IMG/VR virus record: IMGVR_UViG_3300021256_001754
Location: 64,001-128,000 of that record
Strand: one strand, 5' to 3'
Origin: a virus
Taxonomy: Duplodnaviria; Caudoviricetes
DNA: 64,000 nucleotides
The notes beneath the pieces were generated by a model. That model worked only from the letters and a program-made list of their open reading frames with translations. It had not been told where the DNA came from and made no database searches. Shown piece by piece: positions 31,321 through 40,461 of this stretch (the stretch's first letter is position 1; every line of letters starts with the position of its first letter). The position numbers were made by a program, and so were the translations under genes.

Positions 31321-31641
31321 ATGAATATCATAGAAACAATCATAGCTATTTTATTTAGCTTAATATATATCGGAGCTAACATTCTTGTTATGCTTGATGA
31401 CAAAATTAGTAATTTTGGTAATGTAGATGGATTTAAAAAGACTTATCTGTCAGATATCGGAAATAAGTTTGAAGTAGTAAATGATTCTTCGAATTGTCTC
31501 ATACCTATTTCAGAACTTCCGGAAGGAGGAAATGGTAATATTGTGGCCATTTGGATTGGATATGTACAAAATGTTGGAAATAGATTATATGTCAAAGATA
31601 ATGAAGGAGCAGTTAGATACATCCTTTTAACAGAACCTTAA
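31321..31641 (+). CDS. chimeric ORF: 25-aa TM N-terminus fused at TGATGAC to cassette C8 (31396..31641)
   Basis: hydrophobic MNIIETIIAILFSLIYIGANILVML then DDKISN...; site at 31395. Confidence 0.65.
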   Translation: MNIIETIIAILFSLIYIGANILVMLDDKISNFGNVDGFKKTYLSDIGNKFEVVNDSSNCLIPISELPEGGNGNIVAIWIGYVQNVGNRLYVKDNEGAVRYILLTEP

Positions 31642-31680
31642 ATTTAAAATAGTCAACAAAGTAAACTACCATCGTGAACT

Positions 31681-31887
31681 GATGACATAAATAGTAAATT
31701 TGGATTTATTGATAGTTCTAAAGTTGAGTTTGAATTATTCGAGGGTAGATTTTTGATCACTATATATCAAAATGATACTTATAGAAAGCGTATAGATTTT
31801 AACCCAGTAAATAATACTATCAATCTTTGTGATACTGTTAATGGGAAGTATGTTATAACAAATAGATTAGATTTCCCAAGAGTATAA
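31681..31887 (+). other. silent cassette C9 (68 aa; absent from ORF track)
   Basis: TGATGAC at 31680, in-frame TGA at 31675; DDINSKFGFIDSSKVEFELFEGRFLITIYQ...RLDFPRV*. Confidence 0.75.
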
Positions 31888-31925
31888 AAAATAAATTGAG
31901 GTGGAGATAAACTCCACCTCAATAG

Positions 31926-32291
31926 TTAAATTTTTGCATAAAAATATTTGTTGTATTTATTTTCTAATCTTATGAATTCATTTATTTTGTCAATACTATA
32001 ACGATCATGATTTTTTCTAAACATATTTAGTTTTATCCAATATTCAATACAGTTCCTAAAATATCTCTTAGTACTATATAATACTATAATAGATACAGCA
32101 ATATAAGTAGCACCAACGAGAAACGATCCAAAATAGATTGCTGAACTTATAGGATATTCTGTTAGTGTCATTATACCAATAATAATAGATACTGTTACAA
32201 ATGCAAGTATTGGTAAAATAATAATAAATGAAGCTTTAAAACTATCTTCGTAAACTTTTTTAAGTAAGTTAACCTTTTTTCTTCTATTCAT
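31926..32291 (-). CDS. two-TM membrane protein
   Basis: two hydrophobic helices; AAGGAG RBS. Confidence 0.65.
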   Translation of the reverse strand: MNRRKKVNLLKKVYEDSFKASFIIILPILAFVTVSIIIGIMTLTEYPISSAIYFGSFLVGATYIAVSIIVLYSTKRYFRNCIEYWIKLNMFRKNHDRYSIDKINEFIRLENKYNKYFYAKI

Positions 32292-32398
32292 ACTAATATT
32301 CTCCTTTTAAATAAAAGATCTACATTTTACAAGAATATAGTATATAATTTTAATATAAATTAAAACCCGAGGAGTTAATATCTCCTCGGGTAATTATA

Positions 32399-33694
32399 TT
32401 ACAGTAATTTAGCAGCTAATTTACTGAGTAGACTTCTTACACATTCATCTTCTGTAAATGTAAGTTGTCCAACCATAGTCTGATTCCTCATCTTTTCTGC
32501 AGTATAGATCAATCCATTACTTGTATAATCAAGTCTAGGATTATCTATCTGATTTGGATCTCCACAGAGAACAATCTTTGTTCTTTCACCGGCTCTCGTT
32601 ACAAGAGTCTTAGCCTGTATTCTTGTCATATTCTGAGCTTCATCTACAACGATAAAAGCATCCTTAATACTACGACCTCTTATATAAGCCATAGAACAAA
32701 TCTCTATAATTCCTTGATCAATAAGATCCTGTGCTTTCTCACTTAATACAGAGAGATTATCATAGAATGGATATAATAATGGTCCCATCTTTTCTTCAAG
32801 ATCTCCTGGTAAGAATCCTAAGTCTTCTCCATCAGGTATAGTATTTGTTCTGGTTATATACATCTTACTATATTCACATTTATCCTGAATAAGATATAAC
32901 CCAACAGCTAATGCTAAGAATGTCTTTCCACAACCAGCTGGTCCAATCATTAAGTTTAAAGCAATATCAGGATTAAGCAGCATCTCTATAGCATACTCCT
33001 GAGCAGCATTACGAGCTTTACAACCAATCTTCTTATTACCAGATATAAGATTAAGTTGTCCATTCTGGTATATAGTTAATGCAGAATGTCTGTTACCACT
33101 TAGAGTTTCATAATCCTCAACTCTGACAAATTGGTTCTCTTCAAATGGTTCGTGATTTTCTATTTTATTTGCATCTACAGATTTATTACTATAGATTTCA
33201 TTAACAATATCTGCTGAGGTTAAAATCACTTGTCTTCCTGTATATAACTTCTCACTTGATACATGATCGTTCTTATAGTTCTGAACTTCAACTCCTAATG
33301 CTAAAGCATCTATAGTTAAATTTGTATCGTTTGTAATAAGAATTACTTTGTTCTTTGGATGGAGTTTTGCCAACTTCATAGTTGACATGATAATTCTATT
33401 ATCAGGTTTACTCCGATCAAATCCTGATGGTGTATCGACATCTTCGAAGTCATCCATAAAGAGGAAAAGTGTACCTTTATTTTCCATCTTTACACCTTTT
33501 ACAAGGTTCCCTTTAAGTGAGACTATTTCTCTCAATATTCTAAAAGTTTCTCTGGCGGCAAACTCATGCTTATGCCTGTCTAATTCTTCCTTTACCACAT
33601 ATGGAAGAATTACGTAGTTGTCATCGAATCCTCTTAAAGCATTTCCACAAGTTTGGAATAGAATATTGGTGTCGAGAACGTAATATTTCTTCAT
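32399..33694 (-). CDS. phoH: PIN-PhoH family protein (PhoH2/YlaK-like)
   Basis: YVLDTNIL PIN domain, GPAGCGKT Walker A, GFLPGDLEEK, YIRGRS, DEAQN, GDPNQID. Confidence 0.9.
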   Translation of the reverse strand: MKKYYVLDTNILFQTCGNALRGFDDNYVILPYVVKEELDRHKHEFAARETFRILREIVSLKGNLVKGVKMENKGTLFLFMDDFEDVDTPSGFDRSKPDNRIIMSTMKLAKLHPKNKVILITNDTNLTIDALALGVEVQNYKNDHVSSEKLYTGRQVILTSADIVNEIYSNKSVDANKIENHEPFEENQFVRVEDYETLSGNRHSALTIYQNGQLNLISGNKKIGCKARNAAQEYAIEMLLNPDIALNLMIGPAGCGKTFLALAVGLYLIQDKCEYSKMYITRTNTIPDGEDLGFLPGDLEEKMGPLLYPFYDNLSVLSEKAQDLIDQGIIEICSMAYIRGRSIKDAFIVVDEAQNMTRIQAKTLVTRAGERTKIVLCGDPNQIDNPRLDYTSNGLIYTAEKMRNQTMVGQLTFTEDECVRSLLSKLAAKLL

Positions 33695-33815
33695 ACGATT
33701 TCCTCCAGTCCTTTAATATATAGCAGATATTATTAAGATGTATCAGCATTAAAAAGAAAGCCCCGGTGGAAATTTTATCCCACCGGGTGAAAGGACATAT
33801 AAACACTTATGGTGA

Positions 33816-34016
33816 TTACTGATTACTTAAATGTTGATGTTTGGGACGCACAATGATTTTCTCTATATTATCAATTTTCTTAATGATATCGTAATTACTG
33901 TTATGAATATGGAATTGATCTATTTCCATCTTATATAGTTTCTTAGTGATATGCAATTGATTTATAATTATAATAATACAAAAAATAATAATTGCTATTC
34001 CTAATATCAAATACAT
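33816..34016 (-). CDS. small membrane protein
   Basis: N-terminal TM helix. Confidence 0.55.
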   Translation of the reverse strand: MYLILGIAIIIFCIIIIINQLHITKKLYKMEIDQFHIHNSNYDIIKKIDNIEKIIVRPKHQHLSNQ

Positions 34017-34019
34017 AAT

Positions 34020-34898
34020 TTACTCCTTTGGAAATAACCATTCGGGTGCTTCTGAGGTATTAAATCCACTAGCACCTTTATGACCACCTCCATTGTATTG
34101 ATTGGAGATAATGGTTGTATCTATAGTATTACTATAGAGAGAATATTTAAATTTATGTGTTGAACCATCATATCTCCACAGGCAACACACATCGTATTTA
34201 TCAATCAAATCTCCAAATACAAAAGAGTTACCTATACCATTAACTACAATTGCCTTATAACCATTTATAGTTGTCTCGTATGCTCTTCTTCTCTGATACT
34301 TATTTTGCTTTCTCTCATAAGATCCAACAAGATTTCCTATTTCTATAATCTTTTTAGTAAGCTCATACGATTCTGTGGATTTTGATCTAATAAGCATTCT
34401 CCATAAGTCGGCTGTAGGAGAATCATCTTCTATAGCATCAACTCCCATTTTAAAGCTATCACTATCTTTTAGCTTCTTTTGCCAACAATCATAATCACTT
34501 ACTAGCTGTATCCACAACGGGCAATTTTTGATATTATATTCTCTTTCACAGTAGAAATATAGATAAGCTAAAGCACAACCAGAAATACCTTCTAATCTTA
34601 TACCATTCACATGGTTTAACTCAGGATGCATCTGAGTTATCTCTATAGAAGTTTTATGATGGTCTATCCAAATAATATTAGCAGCTTTTTGTCTTATCTT
34701 TTTAAATTCGTCATAATTAGATTCTTGTAAAGAAAAGTCAACTATAACAACAGTCTCATTTCTTTTTATCTGCTCTACAGGCCAAGCCATTTCATAATTC
34801 ATTTCGTAATAATGATTAGGATTATAATCATTATAATAACTAGCTGCAATGGCTGCTGCAGACTTACCATCCATGTCGTCATGATGTATACAGAACAT
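34020..34898 (-). CDS. DHH/DHHA1 phosphoesterase
   Basis: HHDDMDG, VDFS, IDHH, GGGHKGASGF. Confidence 0.9.
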   Translation of the reverse strand: MFCIHHDDMDGKSAAAIAASYYNDYNPNHYYEMNYEMAWPVEQIKRNETVVIVDFSLQESNYDEFKKIRQKAANIIWIDHHKTSIEITQMHPELNHVNGIRLEGISGCALAYLYFYCEREYNIKNCPLWIQLVSDYDCWQKKLKDSDSFKMGVDAIEDDSPTADLWRMLIRSKSTESYELTKKIIEIGNLVGSYERKQNKYQRRRAYETTINGYKAIVVNGIGNSFVFGDLIDKYDVCCLWRYDGSTHKFKYSLYSNTIDTTIISNQYNGGGHKGASGFNTSEAPEWLFPKE

Positions 34899-35028
34899 AT
34901 TATATTCCTCCCATAATATTCAAATTAGATATTATCAGTTAGTTTGTTGTTTTAATAATTTTTGTTAAAATTATTTATCATTTAGACATGTTGATAATCA
35001 ATATTAACATTTTAGGAGGAATAAAATT

Positions 35029-35418
35029 ATGTCAAATTCAGTTGATCATCCCGATCATTATAATCAAGGAGGATATGAATGTATAGAGGTAATGCTTTCT
35101 ATATATGGCCCAGAAGTAGTAAAGAATTTTTGTATCGGTAATGCTTTTAAATATCTATTTCGTTGCCAGCACAAAAATAATAAAAACGAAGATATTAAAA
35201 AAGCAGCCTGGTATTTAAATAAATACGACGAGATAGATACTAGATTTTCTAAATCAGATTCAGAGTCAACTTCTGGTACGAGTAAATTCCTCAAAGGAAA
35301 TGGTTCTTGGGATGACGTTGATATACCATCCATCACGATCCCTGGTCTTCCTAAATACACCAATACTATAGTTGCAACTCCTGAAGAACGTAAGAATATT
35401 GCTACACTACATAGTTAA
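35029..35418 (+). CDS. DUF3310-like protein with C-terminal extension
   Basis: VDHPDHYNQGGYECIEV...GNAFKYLFR...EDIKKAAWYL. Confidence 0.8.
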   Translation: MSNSVDHPDHYNQGGYECIEVMLSIYGPEVVKNFCIGNAFKYLFRCQHKNNKNEDIKKAAWYLNKYDEIDTRFSKSDSESTSGTSKFLKGNGSWDDVDIPSITIPGLPKYTNTIVATPEERKNIATLHS

Positions 35419-35467
35419 CCAGATTACAGAAAAAAATCCAGTAGGTGAATAACCTACTGGAAATTTA

Positions 35468-35962
35468 TTATTCTTCTGTATCTGTATTAGCCTCATTAAC
35501 CATCTGCTTCATATACTCCGGATGGAATTTCTCTATGAGTTCTCTCAGCTCCAATAATTCATCTTTATTGTCATTTCCAGCTTCTACATTTGCCCCTATT
35601 TCATTTACAAGTGTAGTATAGAAGTTATAGGTAAATACTTCATCCGGAATAAGAGGCTTAAAGTGTGCATTCTGCATTCCTCCCATCATTCCCATAAGAC
35701 CACCAAGTGCACCTAAATCCGGATTAACCGTATCTACAACATCCTGTTTAGGGGCTTCTACAACAGGTGTAGACTCAGAAAGCTCGTTTGGAGCCTTAAT
35801 CGTTATTTCTATAGGGTTTCCGTCTTTATCGCATATAAATGGTGTTTTATCCGGATGTGTAACACCATCTCCAACACGCATTCTAAACAGTTTCTTATCC
35901 CCATTTACATCAACGTAGTAGATTCCTTCAGGATATGGATTTTTCTTCTTGTTAAAAAACAT
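35468..35962 (-). CDS. hypothetical protein with partial Mtd-N-like motif (RMRVGDGVT)
   Basis: 164 aa, AAGGAG RBS. Confidence 0.6.
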   Translation of the reverse strand: MFFNKKKNPYPEGIYYVDVNGDKKLFRMRVGDGVTHPDKTPFICDKDGNPIEITIKAPNELSESTPVVEAPKQDVVDTVNPDLGALGGLMGMMGGMQNAHFKPLIPDEVFTYNFYTTLVNEIGANVEAGNDNKDELLELRELIEKFHPEYMKQMVNEANTDTEE

Positions 35963-35994
35963 ACTTCTTCTCCTTTGATTATTTTAATTTTCTA

Positions 35995-37641
35995 TTAACT
36001 CGCAAACCATTCAAATGGATCTATAGGATGAGATATATCAGGTTTACGATTTAATTCAGCATCTTCTTTAGAATAATCGAAAAATCTTTCATCTCTAAAA
36101 TAAATAGGAGTTATTATTCTAGGAGCAAGAGTTTCTATATTCTTATTCTGACGTTTCTCTATTATTTTTTCATTACGTCTAGCAAGTTCATATGCTTCAA
36201 GAGTTGTATCAGAAGTAGAAGAAGCATATGTATTGAATACAGGTAATTTATAATAATAGTATTTTCTTATAGCATTAAATCCCATATCTACAAGTTCGAT
36301 ATATAACGTATTAGGATCTCGTGTTCTTCCTAAAGTTTGTCTTGCCAATACTTCAGATTTAAATGGTTCTGCTAATACTACAGTAACTTTAAGTCCACCA
36401 ATATCTTCACCAGCACCAGCAGATTTGGTTGTACTAAGTATTATTCCTTTATTACGTTCTACATTTACTTTATCTTCTTTAGATACCAAAGAAGTAAATA
36501 TTCCAATATTACCAATATATTCAGGGAAATTTGTACATATCCATTTGTAGACTCTCAATATTCCATCATTAGTACCAATGTATATAAGAGTCTTTCCCTT
36601 AAACCCTTTTATCATATCCATTATAATTCTCAATGCCATATAGAAATTTTCATTTTGAGTTATATAATCTACATATTTATTTCTATCCAACCCATAAGCA
36701 TTTCTAAATGCTGATATGTATTCTGGTCTTGGTCTACTATTAAACTTTATAGCAAGATAATCAGTATGAGGATCATTATCTTTATCAAATAGATCTATAA
36801 ATGGTACATTCTTAAAAGCAGTCTTATATATAATCTTCTCCCTGAAATCGGATCTCAAAGGAGTAGCAGTTACATAATACGTTTTAAATACATTGGTAAA
36901 GAAATCTATTTTACACATATTCTCGAAATTCTGATGTGCTTCATCGAAGAATTTCATACCTATGCCTAATTGACGAAATGCTTGGTTTAATAATGCCCAT
37001 CCATTTTCGTCTGCAAAAGAACGTATAGCACCATGAGTACATAAAAAAATACTACCTGATTGTGCTAATCTACTCTTACCGGTTAATGCTAATTTCAGCA
37101 TTGCTGCTGATACAAACACAATATCTCTATCTGTTAAATTTGTATACTCTTTTATATCTTTTGCCCACTGTGCTAATAGAGAATTAGAACCAGTTATTAC
37201 AATAGACTTGATTTGATAATATGCCATTGTAGCAATAGATACATAAGTTTTACCAGCTCCAGTATTTAGATTTATAGATAACTGTGGCAGATATTCGTTC
37301 TCTTCATATTCTTGACCAATTCCACAAGTAAACTTCAATGCTTCATATTGTCGTTCATCTCTAGGTGGATATTTCATAAGTATATTTGTTTTTGTTTTCT
37401 TATATGGATTTGGTCTATCCATAATATGCTCTTTACATCCTACTTGCTTTTTAGCATACCATATATCTATTCCTCTAGGTATATATAAGATTCTCTCTTC
37501 TTTATCGTAATACATACCTACAGGATCATAGTTATGTCTTATAGGATCCCATATAGAAAAGCATCTCTCTAATTTTTGAGATTGATTAATAGTATAATCC
37601 GTTATAAGTATACAGGAATTTCTTACTATAACTTGGCTCAT
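35995..37641 (-). CDS. superfamily 2 helicase (UvsW-like)
   Basis: TGAGKT, FDEAH, TATP, QTLGRTR. Confidence 0.85.
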   Translation of the reverse strand: MSQVIVRNSCILITDYTINQSQKLERCFSIWDPIRHNYDPVGMYYDKEERILYIPRGIDIWYAKKQVGCKEHIMDRPNPYKKTKTNILMKYPPRDERQYEALKFTCGIGQEYEENEYLPQLSINLNTGAGKTYVSIATMAYYQIKSIVITGSNSLLAQWAKDIKEYTNLTDRDIVFVSAAMLKLALTGKSRLAQSGSIFLCTHGAIRSFADENGWALLNQAFRQLGIGMKFFDEAHQNFENMCKIDFFTNVFKTYYVTATPLRSDFREKIIYKTAFKNVPFIDLFDKDNDPHTDYLAIKFNSRPRPEYISAFRNAYGLDRNKYVDYITQNENFYMALRIIMDMIKGFKGKTLIYIGTNDGILRVYKWICTNFPEYIGNIGIFTSLVSKEDKVNVERNKGIILSTTKSAGAGEDIGGLKVTVVLAEPFKSEVLARQTLGRTRDPNTLYIELVDMGFNAIRKYYYYKLPVFNTYASSTSDTTLEAYELARRNEKIIEKRQNKNIETLAPRIITPIYFRDERFFDYSKEDAELNRKPDISHPIDPFEWFAS

Positions 37642-37696
37642 AAGTATTCCTTTCGAATAATTTAGGGAGACTTTAATTTAAGTCTCCCTAAGTTTA

Positions 37697-39871
37697 TTAT
37701 CTTTTTGGTGTTAATTGTGCTTTTACTGTAGCTTTGATATCATCCATAGTTACAGTTTCTTTATTAGTACTATTTATACCGGTGTCGTTATCCATAAAGT
37801 ATATAGGCTTTATAATCTTTCTCTCAGGAATATCATTAGACCTATCAACCAGTTTTGGATTAATAAAGTCTTGTGGTCTTTCCATAGCAAATGGATCAAG
37901 ATTTGATGGTTTATATAATACATGATTAGCCGCACTGGTTAATGTCTTCTTCAACTTACTTCCCTGAAGTCTTACACTAATTCTAGGAGAATTTGTTATA
38001 GCGTCTTCAAGAGTTATAAGCTGATATCCAGCATTAGACTGTTCCCAATCAGGCTCTAATAATATATCATCCGGATGTCTAATCTGATTAGAGATAAGAA
38101 CCTCAAAATGTACAGAATTGATCTTTATACCACCCTGCAGATTATATGCAATGAAATCCTGAAGTAATGTATTTCTGTCATGCATCTTGATAGAAGACTT
38201 ATTATCTATAAGATTCTTAATCTGCTTCATGGTTTTAGATAACTCATTGTTTTGAATATCTATATAGAATAGATTCAATCCAATCATTCTTGTAAGAGGA
38301 AGTACATAAACACCATCATCGTTTACATCTTCTTTTTCAAGTTCTGATATAAGGTCGTCATCTAAATAAATAGGATCGGACTCATTGGTATAAATAGATT
38401 CTATTCTACCATCAGGATATTGAATCTGGAAGTTGTATACATAATCATTGTTATCCTCATCTACATCTGTAGCACCCTCTACATCATCGTCTCCACTGTC
38501 AGATTCATCTATAATATTATCAGGATCAATAATAAGATTATATCTTCTATAATCTACATTATCTTTTAAGATGATTCTGTCATATTCTACATTAAACAAA
38601 TCGTAGAATGATTGAACCCATGTCATTTTGATAATAGACGCTTCAAGAAGATGTTTAGCAGACAATAATCGCTGAGTATATTTTGAAGATAATTGTTCCG
38701 AAGCAATCTGTCCAACGTTGATATCGTTATTAAGATAAGCCAATAAACCATAGCATCTATAACAGATACCAAATCCTTTAGCCGCAGATGCACATGTAAT
38801 AGGAGATCTAAATAATAATGTCTTACCGATAAGATGTTTATCAATCTCAGCGTTTAGAATATGCTCTACACCATCATATGATAACTTATAATATCGCATG
38901 TCAAACATGCTGAGCATGCTATTATCTTTGATATATACTTCTTCAAAGTTCTTTGTATCACATGAATACTGTGGATCAGGATTAAGGAAAGTATCCATAT
39001 TATTTAATCCTAATCTACGAGCAAATGCACCAGATTGTCCTACATTCTGTTTTGATATAATCTGTGCTATACGTCCTATAGAACTATCGATAACGATATC
39101 TTCTATACTCTTTAAACCACCATTGATAAAACTATGGTTTATAGGATGTGTAAATAGACCACCTTGACCATTAGGTTTAGGACCTATACATACATTAACT
39201 TCAGCAAACTGTTTAGGGTTTGTACCCTCTCCAGTCTGAAATGCATATTTCTGATTATGAGTAGATTCTGGTGCTGTAATATATTTCTGCTGAATCTTCT
39301 CATTTTTCATAATAAGCTCTTTAGCATCCTGCATTGGTACACCTGTTAAATCCAAATGCATTGTCTCATTAAATTCAGGATACTTTCTCATAAGCTCTAC
39401 AGTATCGTCAAAATCGACACTATTAGCAAAAAACATTTGATAGTTCTGTAGAGGTATAAACTTACTTATGCATCTATCTATGGACTGATTGATAGTTATT
39501 CTATCCATAGTCCTTAGATTTTTTCTTATGAAAAACTTATTTATATAATTAACCATCCAGTCTGTTTTTATGACCGGTTCAAATACAATATGCTTTGTAT
39601 CAATCTCTTTTCCAGATCTAGTAATCAAAGTCCAAAACATTAGATTGTATAAATACTGCTCTATATACAAACTACAATCTCCATGTCTGAAATGAATATT
39701 TATCTTAAATCTCTGCACTTCAGGATCTTCTATTCCATCATCTAAGATAGAAAGGATATTCTTGAAGTGATCATCGATGTTATCGTCGTTAATATCTTTG
39801 GTGTAAATATCTTGTACACCATTCTGTGCTAATTCTTTGTAATATCCGTAATTTTCAAAGTGTGGTAACAT
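37697..39871 (-). CDS. multisubunit RNA polymerase beta-prime C-terminal subunit (probably non-virion RNAP)
   Basis: GRIAQIISKQNVGQSGAFARRL, CDT...RSPITC...GICYRCYG, NVGQIASEQLSSKYTQRLLSAKH, VHFEVLISNQ. Confidence 0.9.
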   Translation of the reverse strand: MLPHFENYGYYKELAQNGVQDIYTKDINDDNIDDHFKNILSILDDGIEDPEVQRFKINIHFRHGDCSLYIEQYLYNLMFWTLITRSGKEIDTKHIVFEPVIKTDWMVNYINKFFIRKNLRTMDRITINQSIDRCISKFIPLQNYQMFFANSVDFDDTVELMRKYPEFNETMHLDLTGVPMQDAKELIMKNEKIQQKYITAPESTHNQKYAFQTGEGTNPKQFAEVNVCIGPKPNGQGGLFTHPINHSFINGGLKSIEDIVIDSSIGRIAQIISKQNVGQSGAFARRLGLNNMDTFLNPDPQYSCDTKNFEEVYIKDNSMLSMFDMRYYKLSYDGVEHILNAEIDKHLIGKTLLFRSPITCASAAKGFGICYRCYGLLAYLNNDINVGQIASEQLSSKYTQRLLSAKHLLEASIIKMTWVQSFYDLFNVEYDRIILKDNVDYRRYNLIIDPDNIIDESDSGDDDVEGATDVDEDNNDYVYNFQIQYPDGRIESIYTNESDPIYLDDDLISELEKEDVNDDGVYVLPLTRMIGLNLFYIDIQNNELSKTMKQIKNLIDNKSSIKMHDRNTLLQDFIAYNLQGGIKINSVHFEVLISNQIRHPDDILLEPDWEQSNAGYQLITLEDAITNSPRISVRLQGSKLKKTLTSAANHVLYKPSNLDPFAMERPQDFINPKLVDRSNDIPERKIIKPIYFMDNDTGINSTNKETVTMDDIKATVKAQLTPKR

Positions 39872-39991
39872 TTAATACCTCCATAATTCACTGCTGTTAT
39901 ACTATTGTAATAGCATTGCTAACTTTTTACCTCAATATTATAGTATCTAATTTAATCCAGATTTACATCTTTATAAAGGAGGATTATACCT

Positions 39992-40438
39992 ATGGCTGTA
40001 TTGAATTCTAAGACTTTACCAGAACAGACTTTTAATTATAACGATTTTATTAGTTCTGGAGAAAACAATGACTTTACATTCGATAACTTTGAAATCAGTA
40101 TGCTGATAAATGGAATTTCTATTGGTGATTGTAACGTAATGGAATTTTATATACCAGAGATAATTGAGAATTGTGTCAAAGTTACTGAATTTACCAAAGA
40201 CGAAATATTAAGATATAAATATAATCCGGATCTTTTGGCTTGGGATGTATATAAGAATACTCAGTTAGATTATCTTATTCTTTTATGCAATGACATGTGT
40301 GATCCAAAAGAGTTTGATTTTAAAAAGGGATATTTATATCTTCCTAAATCTTCTATATTAAAGAACTTATTGTCTTTAATACATAATTCAGAATCTCGTT
40401 GGATAAAAAATTCTAAAGGTAAATCGTGGTTGTTATAA
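39992..40438 (+). CDS. baseplate wedge gp53-like / LysM-like protein
   Basis: KYNPDLLAWDVYKNTQLDYLILLCN. Confidence 0.6.
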   Translation: MAVLNSKTLPEQTFNYNDFISSGENNDFTFDNFEISMLINGISIGDCNVMEFYIPEIIENCVKVTEFTKDEILRYKYNPDLLAWDVYKNTQLDYLILLCNDMCDPKEFDFKKGYLYLPKSSILKNLLSLIHNSESRWIKNSKGKSWLL

Positions 40439-40461
40439 AAATATGGGATAGGCTATATAGC

